The notes under the pieces are model-generated. The model searched no databases. It was not told the origin of the DNA and saw only the letters and a program-made list of their open reading frames with translations. The translations under genes were made by a program, and so were the position numbers. This document shows, in pieces, positions 23,922 through 38,502 of a DNA stretch of 64,000 bases. Source of the DNA: Dicyema japonicum. Taxonomy: Eukaryota > Animalia > Dicyemida. The number at the start of each line of letters is the position of its first letter. Position 1 is the first letter of the stretch. The stretch is taken from positions 465,990 through 529,989 of the forward strand of contig RDEW01000025.1 in the NCBI GenBank assembly GCA_011109175.1, given 5' to 3'.

Positions 23922-26350
23922 TCATGTGGTTCGCCTTGTCTGGTGGCGTCAGATACAAGTCAAAATTGTATCCAAAAAGAACCATTTGTCAACGACCATC
24001 CAGAGGAGTTCCCCTGGACGGCATTTCCTACACATCCGTGCACTTTTCCGGTGAGATTCGTCATGTCAGGAGATGTTGAAATGAATCCGAGGCCAAAGTC
24101 TTTAAAGATACTTAGCCTGAACATTAACAGAGGCATCCGAACTGAGTTTATATTTGGAGAGGAAAAAATTGATATCTGCCTTTTACAAGAGACTAAGATT
24201 TCTGGGAATTCCATTACTCCTAAATTTACCGGTTTCAATGAGAGTCGATCGACAATCGGGTCGAGGTGGGGGACTATTGACCCTTGTCAGGAGAGGCATT
24301 ATGTTTGATAAACACTCCTCCATATTCAGGAATCTGATAGAAGACGCAAACACAAAGTTTTGGGATTTCGGTACAAACCTCTCTCGAGCTATTATTATCG
24401 CCAACGTCTATGTTCCCCTCAAGGTTTGTGCAAAAGGGTTTTCTATGGATTTGTCTGCCCTAGATATGATGGAAGATTGTTGGTGTCCGGGGAATTTAAT
24501 TCCAAGCACCTTCGTGGTATGAAAAAACCTCCAGACACAAGGGATTTCATATATTCCCAATTAGAAAATCTGTCCATTATGAACGACCCAATAGGAATAC
24601 ACGAACCCCGTATAATAGCAAGGATTCGGTTACATCGCCGGATATTAATGTTCACCACGACTTGCTCCGCTTATATGCTGGTCGGTAAACTATGACTTAC
24701 GAAACGACCATAATCCATTCTGATCAAAATTAATTGTACACCAATGACGCAGTCAAAACACGTTATTTTCATGACTAAATTAATGCTGACTGGACAGGAT
24801 TCAGAAGATACGTGGACTCGGCCCTATTGAATTTCTATCCGAATAATTTCAACTCAATTGATAGAGCAATCTATCACTTTAATAATGTGATTTTAAAAGG
24901 GAGAAAACTATTTGTCAGAAAAGTAATCTTAAAGCTCACAAAGAAATATGATGCTAACACAATCAAACTAATAAAAGAAAGGAATTGTCTCAAACGTAAA
25001 AAAGCACCTAACAAAGCATGATTCTGACAGAATCCGTGCACTGAACATGAAGATCAACGAAAAAAACCAAAAAAGGGCCTAATTTTTAGTGCTATGAAAA
25101 AATAGTTCACTTACACAGATGTTGAGGATGCTGCGAAATGTCAAAAACGCTGAAAACAAAATCGAGGGAGACCGTAAACAGGAGATGGATCTGAATAAAT
25201 TTATAAAACATTGTGTGAGAATAAGCCACAAACCATTCCAAAGGATGGATATTTCTCACAAAAACCGAAAAAGGAGGCACCAACAATTTATGTTCTAGGG
25301 GATGTCGCTTTGGAGATCTATCGAACGAACACACATTCCTGTGGACCGGACGGGATCCCATTATTTTGTTGAAAAGATGGACACAGTGGGCGTATCAGCA
25401 CTAACATGCATCTTCAACTACTAAATCAACTTCAACTGAATTCCCGCTATATGGAAACTTTCGAATATTCATCCAATGCTGAAGCCTGGGAAACAAGAGG
25501 ACCCGGATCTTACAGCTTTTGTCGCTCTTGTGCGTCCAGACAAGAATCCTAGAAAGGATGATTATGGCACTCACACAACATTCCCTCCCAGGATGGCAGA
25601 TTTCAGCATGGTTTCAAAGAGGGACGATCAACTATCACACACCTAAATATATTAATGTAGCTCACAACAGATAACCTTAGGACGGGTACACTATGGCAGT
25701 CGATGTTCCGCATCGAGACTATTAGCAAGTGACGTTCCCCGAGGCTCACCATTATCTCCCCTCTTGTTTAATTTTATGATGAATGACTTGCCACTCCCAC
25801 AGGGGGAAGATGACATATTATTAACGTATGCGGATGATATAGTTATTGTTTGAAGGATGCGAATATTATCGAAGCAACGAGAAGAGTACAGGACAATGTG
25901 AGTAAACTAAGTTTATGGTTTTGGAGGAAAAATCAACTTCCTGAAGGCGTTCTTGGGAAACCAAAGAGAGAAAAAAATCTGAGTAGACTGGATGTCATAT
26001 ACAAACAGTTCATCGACTCTACAATAAGATACGCATGTAATGTCTGGGGATCTAACCTTGCTGCAACAAATTTGGACAAGATATGGAACATTCTAGTAAA
26101 AGCAGCAAACCTACTAAGGAAATATCTTCCCGTGTGGAAATCTTGCCCAGAAACCTTTGAAAATATGATAAAGACAACTGGAACAGTGCCTCTGCGAAGG
26201 ACTCGAGTATGCGGACCCCGTCCATATCGGAAATGCGCAGGAACGCAGCCGGAACACCGATAAAAGATGCGAAGACTGTTGAGGGAGGCTAGGATCACCT
26301 GAATTTTGTTTATTTTGGATATGACGTTGGTTTTCAGTTCAATAATAATT
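23922..26350 (+). mobile_element. Near full-length degenerate Ingi/Vingi-like LINE: 5' motif, 2A-like peptide, APE, RT, GIT-stop end, TAA tail
   Basis: SGDVEMNPRP at 24066-24095 then ILSLNIN...LLQETK; GPDGI; PRGSPLSPLLFN; YADDI; GGATCACCTGA 26292-26302; clade assignment inferred. Confidence 0.8.
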
Positions 26351-26627
26351 AACACAAAATATAGTATTTATAAAAATTAGCAGTTGAACATTCAAGTTTA
26401 CAAAACTTGTTTGAGGGTATTGAATATCATCTTACCTCTTCCTACGATTCCCAAAAAGTGTAGAAAGTTATGCCACAATAGGCTTGACAGAGGCTATTTT
26501 GAGTTTTTACATGCATTTAATGTAGAAATCGAAATAGATAAAAGTGAATACACAAATATACGATATTACAAGTGTTGAAAGTTTATATAATAATTTATAT
26601 AATTTGAGTTCTAAATTTTTTTGAATT

Positions 26628-27060
26628 TCATGCCTGTGACTCGCCTAAGTGGTGGCATCGCTCACTTGAAGAGTCGCAAACTCCATATCCCGCAACCATG
26701 GAAGCGCAGATGGTGTCGGATCCTGCTCCTTTCTTGTGAAGATGTCGAGTAAAATTCCTGGACCATATCTAGTCATATTACAAATTAACATCAATGGTAT
26801 TTGAACAAAAATTGCCGAACTACAACGCTTTCTCATAAAACACTCAGTGGATATAGCTCTTTTCCAAGAGACGAAACTTAACCCACGGCGACCAACTCCC
26901 AACTTTCCGGGATACTCCGTTTTCAGGCGAGACATAGATCATGGACAACAATTAAAATTCAAAACCGCGATACCTTTCCAAATGGAGTTACACAGGATCA
27001 CCGTTGTCACCAATGCTATTCAACATGTTCATTAGTGTCCTCCCATCTTCAACCACCAAA
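26628..27060 (+). mobile_element. 5' fragment of the same LINE family with a degenerate 2A peptide
   Basis: TCATG...GGTGGCA 5' motif; ILLLSCEDVE*N-PGP at 26720-26765; ILQININGI...FQETKL APE start. Confidence 0.75.
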
Positions 27061-27242
27061 AACTCATTCAAAATGAACTATAGAATTATCTGCTATCATT
27101 TATAAGGAGGTTTGTCGATATTGCGTTATAAATTGATAAGGAAGACAGGAAAAATTACCTACTGTAAAAGATAAAAGATTCAAAAATTGTATTCTTTTAA
27201 TTTAAAAACGGTTTAATGCAAAAACTAAAAGTTAACAACTGA

Positions 27243-27800
27243 TGGCTGCTCTCACAATTGAGATGCTCCCTTGACGATTTGCAAGGAAATGCCAGCTCCT
27301 TTCTTCGATTCCATGACGACTGGTTCAAAAATAAACTGGCCACCGAGACATATGTATTTTTATCTTTAGGGTATCAGCCTTCTCCAATCTGGCGTGTGAG
27401 ACCACTGGAAGCATATGTCGAAGATAGAAAGGACGGGAGGGCGATTTCCAGTGGTGAGCGTAGCGAAGCGGTAGTTTGCATTGATCCAGCAGTTTTATTT
27501 AAAGAAATGTTGAGTGTTTCCTTAACGAAGTCCTCACTTCTCGTCGATGGCACTTAAGAATTTTGTGTCCGTGAAAATGGGGTTGTCCGTAGAAGAAAAA
27601 GAAGTAGCGTAAAGTAAAAATTCCTGAGGAAGAATAAAAGCGCGTGGGAGTCCAGGGTTTTTAAAGTGGATATGAATTGTTGAAAGAATACATTTTTCTC
27701 TTCCAGAGCCGAGAAAATTTGCGTTTTCTAGTAGGGTGATCGAGACATCCTGGAGATAAGTAGAAATCGTAGCCACCACACGGCCAAAGTCAACCTATCC
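27243..27800 (-). mobile_element. CRE-like retroelement fragment
   Basis: EIALPSFLSSTYASSGL and LRASSQ resemble the CRE-type post-RT region. Confidence 0.45.
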
Positions 27801-28139
27801 GCAAGCACATTTTATGATTTCACATTTATACGGATTCGGTTCCAACCCCAAGTTGAGTAGGGCTCAGTTGGGGGCTTAGAGTCTTGCTCGCTGCTCTGGC
27901 AGCAATCTGAATAAGTTGCCTTAGCGATGGGTCCTTCCTATTATGCATTGAAATACAATACCTTCTCTCTGCATAGAAATAGTTATTCCCAAATCAACAA
28001 ATTAATCAAAGAGTGTTCACACTCATATTTTGCCATCAAAAGAAATGTTATTAAAGCCGTTGAGATGACTGTTCCATTCCTCTTAAAGTATGGAATTAAA
28101 ATGGTTCATAGATTTCTGACCTTATGTGATTGCTTATAG

Positions 28140-28640
28140 ACCTTAACGTCAATTCCTTGCAATTGTGGAAACCCTTCCAGTTGGGTGGGGGAGACCAAAT
28201 GATCCTTTGGGCGCCACTTGAGACAGGTGGGTCACATGAAGTCAATCTAGTAGGAAGGGGAAAAGGAGGAACTGACAAAACAAACAGAAAACTTCAACAA
28301 TTAGCCACGTAGCACCACATGACGCCACGTTGTAAAAATTAAATTATCAAATGTTGGTATTTATTTAGAATCCCAGAATCAACAAAAAAGAAAGACAAAA
28401 AAACCTAAGACAGTTAGGTAATCCAGTTCCCGCAATCAATCCAATGTCTGTGTTCTCCCATTGTTCCCACTATCGTACAAAAGAGTCTTTTCTCATCCCT
28501 GCAGAGGAATCTGAGTGGGGAAGAGAGCTTCTTAACCAACCGACTTTCTTTTGCCTCGTAAAAGGACATGCCAAGCGGGTTTCCATCCTCCACACATACC
28601 CGAAGGAATCCGGATCCGCGATTACGGGTCTTTTCTTCCA
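28140..28640 (-). mobile_element. Ingi/Vingi-like LINE 3' end (WIT-stop) next to a 5' end copy
   Basis: ORF ends ...GEHRHWIDCGNWIT* at 28414; TCATGTGACCCACCTGTCTCAAGTGGCGCCCA at 28208-28239. Confidence 0.65.
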
Positions 28641-28853
28641 TTAGTAGGGGAGTGACTGTTGATCAAATATTAGAGCCAATCATGTATGGTTTTCCGATAT
28701 ATCTACTTGAGATCTGCGATAACGCGAATCTCCAGCAACAGAAAAGTTTGTTGTTAGAACAGTCAATCAGTTATTTTTTCTTATAAATTTAATATAAATT
28801 ATATAAATTATTTTCCCAATATAAATTCAAATTTTATTTTTATACGTTGTAAA

Positions 28854-29244
28854 ATGTCTCTTCCTTATTATAAGCAATTCTGTGAGGACTGTGGTTCTAT
28901 TTTAATATTTCCTGACCGTGGAAATGACTTTTCATGTGATATATGTCACAAACCATACAAATTCTCAAGTTTATGTGTTTTAATAATATAGATTTCTGTG
29001 GCCTTGTGAGAACTGTAAGAGTTGATTATAGAAAACGGAATGAAAAGGAACGATCGCAGCAAAACCAGGAAGTCGAAGACGCAATGATTGATCACAAATG
29101 CGACGAATGTGGAACTGAGAGGATGGCCTACAGATTCATGCAGTCCAGGGGAGTCGATGAGGACAATCAATTCTTTATTGTTGTCTGAAATGCGGGTTGA
29201 GTGTGTGATTATTTTCTAGACATCGAGAATTGGAACACTCATAA
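28854..29244 (+). CDS. POLR1H: RNA polymerase I subunit RPA12 (one apparent frameshift at 29161)
   Basis: FCEDCGSIL...CDIC zinc ribbon; HKCDECG...QSRGVDE[G]QSILYCCLKCG TFIIS-like ribbon; introns of 23 and 24 nt. Confidence 0.88.
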
Positions 29245-30033
29245 CTAACTTTTTTGCTATTTTAGCTTTGTTAATTTTATTATTTGTTTGTGCTACGTGA
29301 TATCCATCCATTTCAGCAGGTAGCTCAAAATATTCCTTGGGGCATATCTATCTCATTGGCTTATGCTATTTTCTTACGCCACTACGAAAAGATAAAAGAC
29401 ATAATTAATACGATCAACGAAATAACCTCACCCCTGGCCGCACCACCAAATCAGTGTTTCGACAAACAAATGAAAACTTAATTTATAAAATGTTGTGGTT
29501 TAAAAGATATATTTTTAAAATAATCAAATCATGGACCTGCTGAAGTCAAGACACCAATTGAGGAAATCCTTTGCGCGTCGAAAGAACTGAAAGAGTAGAC
29601 AAATCATTACACCGGTGAAGTGGCGAACCCGTAGTCCGAGGTGAATGGTTGGTGAAGATCAAAAAGAAGGATACGTCAGTCTATTTATAATTCCCATATT
29701 TTCAAATCATGTTTCGCCTTGTGGTGAATGTAATTTTTGATTATTCGTCTAATTAAATAAAAAATGTAGCATAATATTGTCCCACTGAGAATAGTAAAGA
29801 ACAACCTAATGAATGGATCAGTAAATTACAAGGGCTTGTCAAATTCCTTTTCCTTTTGAAATTTTGTATTCAAGTTAACCACATGGATAAAGTTTTTACC
29901 AAGGCTGAGGTTACAAAAGCAATAAGACAACGAATCTTTGGAGCTGTGAACTGTATCCGTTTTTGTAGATGAAAAATTTCTTGGATATAATATCAGCAGA
30001 ATTGATTGGGCTCACTTCAATTCTTACATTACT

Positions 30034-31090
30034 ATGAAATTGGATAATATTCAAGAATTGGAAATTCTAAATCATTTGGATATTTGGCATTTGTTCTTCA
30101 TCCCTGCTCAACATCCAGCCAGGCATAAGACGACATGCACTGGCCGCAGAAAAGGCCGAGAGATTACAATATACAATCAAATAGATATATTATGTCTGAA
30201 TGCACATAAAAGATTGCTCGTGCACTCACGCTCATATGGAGATGCCGTAACAAATAGCGATATGGGATAACGATGACATACGGAAACTATTTGGTAACAT
30301 TGCCCAAAACAATCAAGCTGACATTAAACATCCAAAACTAGCTACAGAGGAACTGATAAACGACACCGTGAAAAGGGGAAATTTCAAGACAACATCGAGC
30401 AACACACATCACAACTAAATATGGAAGAAAGGCCAGACATTCTCCTGGAAAAGTTGGTCGAGGCCGTTAAAGGCCGCGAGTTCTTTAATCCGGTGATAAC
30501 CTCTGAGACCTATTTGTTTGAGAATAGTTCTTGGTAAGGTTCATTTTTCGGTTTACGGGCACGTACTTTGATATCCAGTTGTTTAGAGAATTTCTTGAAG
30601 CTGATCGCAACGTAATGTTTCAAAGTAGGTTAGGGTGTATGACAAATGTGGAGAAGGGTTACCGGTTCCATTTGCATCTTCTAACACTGATTTAATTTGT
30701 TTTAGTGTTTTCCAAAATTGATGAGATGAATTTTTCCCGTTGAGGCGATTGACCAGGTGACGCCACCTCTGATCCTGATAGTCTTTTATGATCTGGTTGA
30801 TACTTTTATTTAGTCGTCTGATTGATTTCAACTCCGTTGGGTGGCATCTTTTCATTTGGTTTCTTCGTTTTATGAGTGTAAGTGTCCGGGAATTGGGGGT
30901 ATAAAATTCGTGTATGATGAGGGAGGAATATGTTTCAGCCTTTTGAATGACCACACTGATGATTTTTGCGGCTTCATTTATCGAACGTATATGTGATGAT
31001 AGTCCTTTGACCAATTCCAGGTCGACGAAGCCAGAGAAGCCAGACCAGTCAACCTTCTTATAATTCTTGAAACTTTTCACTTCGGTCTGC
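30034..31090. mobile_element. LINE fragments: RTE-like APE (+, 30090-30470) and Ingi-like linker (-, 30480-31090)
   Basis: HPARHKTT...YNQID; NYKKVDWSGFSGFVD...LIKRRNQMKR. Confidence 0.7.
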
Positions 31091-31091
31091 A

Positions 31092-32200
31092 GTGTCCGGC
31101 GTCTCCGAAATCCTCTTAACAAAGAATACGTTCTTTAGTACTGAGAGGCGGGGTATATCGGGTGTAGGATTTTGGGCAGGTGTGAAGACCATAGTCAAGA
31201 AGTGGATTGTAAATCTCTACTTAGATGGAAGAAGAATTGGTTCTGTAAAACTGGGACGTGGAATTCTGCAGGGAGATTCATTATCCTCTCAACTATTTGT
31301 TATGGCAATGGAACCCTTGAGCAGGATCCTTAACTCTATGTTCCCAAGAAATACTTCCTAAATAAAATTTATTGCAAAACATTACAGTCAAATGTATGGA
31401 TAAACCAACTATCGACCTATCTACTTCCTCAGAATGGTTATTCAAGGGAAATAACGGTCCACGGAGAGAAGCTTGTACTGTCTTCTGCAAGATAGGATTT
31501 TTTCGCACACACGGGGTCATCATGCAACCAATGCAAAAAAAAGCAGGAAAACTGTCGATCAATTGACCACTCAGTGTGGTAAAATGCTTAACAATGATTA
31601 TCTCCGAAGACATAATGAAGTGGGAAAGTGCATCCATTTTAATCCTTTTGAATTTATGGAATCAAAAGAAGCAGGAAATTGAAAGGACATTCGGTTCAGT
31701 CAATATTGACGGCTCAAAATGTCGAAATCAGAGTTGACACGTCGATTATGACAGAATCAAAAGTCAAATTCAATAAACCTGATATTTTTGTTTACGACAA
31801 AATAAAGACGGAAGTAACCTTAATAGAAGTGGGGATTACCTCACAAGACCGACTAAAGCAAGTTGAAGTTGAGAAACTTCACAAATATGACTTGCTTACA
31901 TAGGAACTTTCGCTACTCCATAATGCCAAGTGAAGATTATTCAAGTGGTTTTGACATGGGATGGAGTTGTCTCAAGATGCTTCATGAATCATATGGATAA
32001 ATTATCTATTGAAGAGTCAACGAGGACTTACATCCAATCGATTGTGCTGTAGAGAACGCTCGAAAATATGCTCATTGAAAATAAGCAAATAGAACTGACA
32101 TGCCGCGAAGATAGCCCATTGGATTCTAAAAGAGATATTTCGACTGAATCTGATGTGGAAATGGCGAATAACTAAGAGAAGAGGAAATACCAGCTCAAAA
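31092..32200 (+). mobile_element. R4/Dong-like RLE non-LTR retrotransposon remnant
   Basis: GILQGDSLS RT motif; YLRRHNEVGKCIH; KPDIFVYDK...LIEVGIT...EVEKLHKYDLL restriction-like endonuclease; second remnant near 49490-49600. Confidence 0.8.
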
Positions 32201-32376
32201 TCCGCTTAATTAGTTAATTTATTCGTTAATTTTTAATCATTAAAGTAGTTTAGAACTTATTATTAATAGCAATGTCCGCGGAACCAGAAAAGTTAACTAA
32301 TTTGAGATTCCACATAAATTAAGTTATTCGATCTCCTAAAAAGAAAAGTAAATTTGGGTCATAATTTAATAAAAAT

Positions 32377-32449
32377 GCTCGGATGGTGTAGTGGTTATCA
32401 CGTTCGCCTAACACGCGAAAGGTCCTGGGTTCGAATCCCAGTCTGGGTA
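32377..32449 (+). tRNA. tRNA-Val(AAC)
   Basis: GCTCGGATGGTGTAGTGGTTATCACGTTCGCCTAACACGCGAAAGGTCCTGGGTTCGAATCCCAGTCTGGGTA then a T-run terminator. Confidence 0.96.
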
Positions 32450-34450
32450 CTTTTTTGCACAGGATCCTACTGTGAAATATTATTGATGCTAGTTTTCTTA
32501 ACCTCGTTTAGTATGTCTTTTGAGCCTGTTTTTACAGAATACAATGATTTGTTATGTCACGGTGCTATGAAAGCAACAGCCTATGTGAGAAGACCTATGT
32601 GAGATGATTGTTGTGTGAAACATGGGAAACAGAGGGATCAGAAGTCCTCACCCTTGAAAACTAAGGATCGACATATATATGATAAATGGACGAACTGGGA
32701 TATATACCAGGTTCATCAGAAGAAAGTCCAAGAAACTAATTTATTTCTTAAAACAGACTGAATTACTGATTATGCTCGTGAACTGTCAGTCTGCTGTATA
32801 GAAGCTTTGCGAGCTGTCATCCTTTAAGTGAGCCGAGAAGGCAAACATCATAGTTGTTAACGGAACAAAATCCAAGAAGAAAGAGTTATCGACAAACCTG
32901 AGGAACTGTGCGGAAGAGAGTTAAGATTACTTAAGTTTTACGAGAGAATCAATAGTGATTGGGCTCCTCAACCCTAAACACCAGAGCTTTCGATGCGTGA
33001 GCACGAACCAACATGGATGCTTACTAAAGACGTTATCTGACCAGCTGGATTTTACGGGCTGTCGTCTGAGGAACTCAAGTACTTCTCATTTTATGTAGGA
33101 GATAAAATCAGAGTGTTTCTTGTCTCCCACTTCTTGTGTTCTTCAACTCGTGACGGTCAACCTAGAAATGAAAAGAGCCCCTGGAGTGTTGGATCGGTGG
33201 AATGGAGCCACTACACAGTAAGAAATCGTCTACGGGCAAAATTCTGACAGTGCGTTGACCAGCTAGATGGTGAAAATTATCAATGAGAATCCAAAGCGGC
33301 CAAAAAGACATGGAGAAGCTGCCCAAGGAAACTCTAGACAAAAAGTGAATATCTGAAACTGTAATGCTTGACACAAAAAGACAAACTACAACAAACTCAA
33401 TGAGTTGATACGCAAAACGCAGATACAACTGATGACTTGGAATTACCATGTTTAATGACTTTAGGCTTTATTCATGTTTCCCTGACCAAAATCCTCTAAT
33501 GAAGATTACATTATAATAACTATTCCGCCGAAGAATGAAGTAATGTCCGCAACGATAGTACGTGCGACGAAATGAAAGAGGGTGGGCCTACGTATCCACA
33601 TCTTCGGAAGCCTGTAATGAAGTATTGGAAGATGGATTTGGTCGGTACAAGCTGATGTTCTCCCTTAATTCCTTCCTTGGATTAATTAGTTATGACTGTT
33701 TTTGTTGGGCTTACCACGTATTTATCAGGTATTTTCTGATGAATACGTCCTCTCCTTTTGTTGCTTCTACTAAATGAGGCATTAACGATTTTATAATGAA
33801 TACTATTACGTGATTTTAGTAAGTCTTAGTTTCTTGCCATAAAAATCGGACTTGGTCCTTCGATTCTCAATGTGCTGGGAAAATCCTGGAAATCAAGAGA
33901 ATTTGAAAATTCAGTTGGGTATTGGGATACTTCTTAGACCATAGTAATGACACGTGAATATTTTTCTTCTCACATTATTTCACTCGATATTCCAAGGCAT
34001 AAGATTTGCTCCTTCGCAACAATTAAAGACACTTGCGTGGTATTCCAATGTCCCAACTGTAAACGGCAGAGCCTCCCCGAATGCCTACAAGGAACTCGAC
34101 CGCGTTCATATTTAGGACCGATCGACGTTCCTCTGCTCAAGAAATCCCATTCCCAACGAGTTTCCATGTCCTTTGCAGGAACACGGGAAACTGTGGTCCT
34201 GGTTCCTCATGGACTCATATAATGAAGCCATTTCGTCTAAGTAATCATCAAGGTATGGGTATAATGGTTCTTTTCCATATCATGTTGATACTGAGAGCCA
34301 CCACAAAAAGTGAACCAAATGACGTCATGCTAAGATACTTATATCAATTTAACTGATTCGACAATACTTTAATATTTATATTTAAACTTAAGATTTTAAT
34401 CATTATTATTTTAAAAAAATAAATTTAAAAATTATTTAACGTGTTAGGTT

Positions 34451-34674
34451 ATGTCATCTGCTTGCCTATTAAAATATTACCTTGTTGATGGAAAGCGTGT
34501 TTATACATTAAAAGTTTATTTATTGGTGACTTATTAAAGTCGGTCACGGATTCTGGGAGTTTAACCATGTCTGCCCATCCTGCCAGATTTACCGAGACTG
34601 ACAAGTTTTCCCGCCATCGAATGCTCATTAAGAAGAGATATGACCTTCTTCCAATTCAGGATAATTTACTTTGA
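34451..34674 (+). CDS. NOP10: H/ACA snoRNP protein NOP10
   Basis: Intron 34514-34539; [16 protein letters not shown]...[28 protein letters not shown]. Confidence 0.95.
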
Positions 34675-36734
34675 TGTTTTTTTAAATAATTTGTTTTTAT
34701 ACTTTGTTTATTTTCCCTAAGTACAATGATCCGGTCCTCATCATTGATGCAGCAACCTTTGCAGGGATTTTGTGTCGACATTGTGCCTTCATATGAATTT
34801 ATAAGACTATTTGTACATAATCAAAAGATCCTCTTCCTCGCGATGACCTTTCTGCCTTTAGACGATGAGCCACCTCTTCTCTTGATCTGGTCCCTTCCGA
34901 GTTCTCCACTACACTAGATCTGGGAGCGTCAACTTTTAGTAGTTACTTTCCTGTTAGCCATCGCTTTCTTTCTGTAACTTTTCCAGTACTCCTCCGTGAG
35001 AGCACGTGTGTTTCATAATATTTTCTGCACACATATGTATTGGATATGGGGATAGTATTTCCAACTCGAGTTCTTTTGTTGTCGATAAGTGTGCCAAGAC
35101 ATGGAAGTTATTTAAAAACCAAGTTATGAAGGAAACACCCCCACTAGGTGATGCCAGCTTCCCTTGTAGCCTCGTCAACTTTTCTCGATGTTCCTCACGT
35201 GATCCAACACACTTTCTATAAACTCGAGGAATACATCGGTACTTCGTATCATTTGAGTGCCAATTCTCTTCAGGAGTGTCTCGAGTGGTGTCAGCCGTGA
35301 CAGGATAGTCGAGGAACGTTGATGGGTTTTGTAACTGTTGCTTGGAAGTCGGTGATCTTCCTTAGGCTTTTTTTAGATATTTCCGTACCCCCATGCAACG
35401 CATCCATAACTGATTTTTGTATTTATTGGGTGAAGACTGAGTTTATTGATGAGTTGAAGCAACTTCCATAGTCACCCAGGAGAGCCTTTACAAAATTCAG
35501 TTTTCTTTGAGAGGAAAATATGATGTTGCTGACGTGTTTGCTAAATTACTATCTTGCTGATTTGACCTATTCTTCACATAGGGGATCGCTTCGGGAGTTT
35601 TTGGGGTACCATCTCTAGGACCGTCCATCTTTTGTTGTAATGATCTTTTTATCCGTCAGTTTCCTTCACTTGAAGATACTGGCTAAAAACTAACATCCTA
35701 CATTTCTCAGGTCTGAGGCCTCTCTACTGGCACACTAGCGTATGATCCTATCCAACGCAACATCTCCCCTCCATAAGTGATCCCATAGTACTCGAACCCA
35801 AACCATAGAGTAACTGATGTTTTTTTGTTCTGAAACTTTTGGATATTTAATGTTCCCCAAATCCATCTTCTTAATTCATCACAAACGGAGAAGTGAATAG
35901 AAAGGTCGGATCCATCTTGAGGGGGTTGAGATACTTCATGCAACAGATCTATGTCACCACCTCAACCATCCAACCACCTAATCACTTGTTAGTGATCTGA
36001 TATCAACAACGAAAAATCTTTCGGTTTATTGCAAAGTTCTTTAGTACCTGGTAAATATCGAAGAGCCACGTGTAGACTAAAATGCTGACTAAAAATATTT
36101 TATTAATTTTATACTGAGAGGCGGTTGAGTGTCAACCAGTCGTAGACACTGTCCAGTCTCAGTCGAGCCTTGGAGGCTTTGGTTAATGATGAATGGTTTC
36201 TGGTAGTGAGGATAAAATTATGGGGGGAGGTGCACTTATAAGAATGAATTTTGTATATGAGGGGAGAGGAATAAAAATCCTTGAATCTTTCAATGTGCTA
36301 TAGACTCATTCCAGGGGGTTATGGCCTTTCAGAAAAGTTTTTGGATCAAAAAGAGTTCTTATGGAAAGCGGGATTTCCTCAGAGGTAGGTCCCCGTGGGG
36401 AAGGAGAAGAGGGTCTTTTAGCTATATAAAGGAGATAACATCCAGTTTTCGCCACAAGGAAGTGACCCATCTCAAAATTTATATTATCAATCGAATCTTT
36501 TCTGGACCATGACCACTACTTAATCTAGTAAACTGAAGAATCGTTTAATACCTACAGCTGGACCCTAGATGACAGTCAGCCTCTTACATGCAAGTGAGGT
36601 GGGGGTAACTAATCAACTAGAGTATACAAAATTCCCAATGATTTCTCTCATGTCATCAAAAGAAAACAAGTATTAATTTGAATGTATTAAATATAAACTA
36701 TAGTTATTATGCACTCTAAAAGCTTCTGTCTGAG

Positions 36735-38502
<1,768 letters not shown>

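Noticed and set aside
28208-28216. TGGCGCCCA resembling a tRNA-Lys primer-binding site
   Set aside because: Only 9 nt match, no LTR or gag-pol nearby; it is part of the LINE 5' leader
32354-32602. 82-aa ORF
   Set aside because: Overlaps tRNA-Val; spurious
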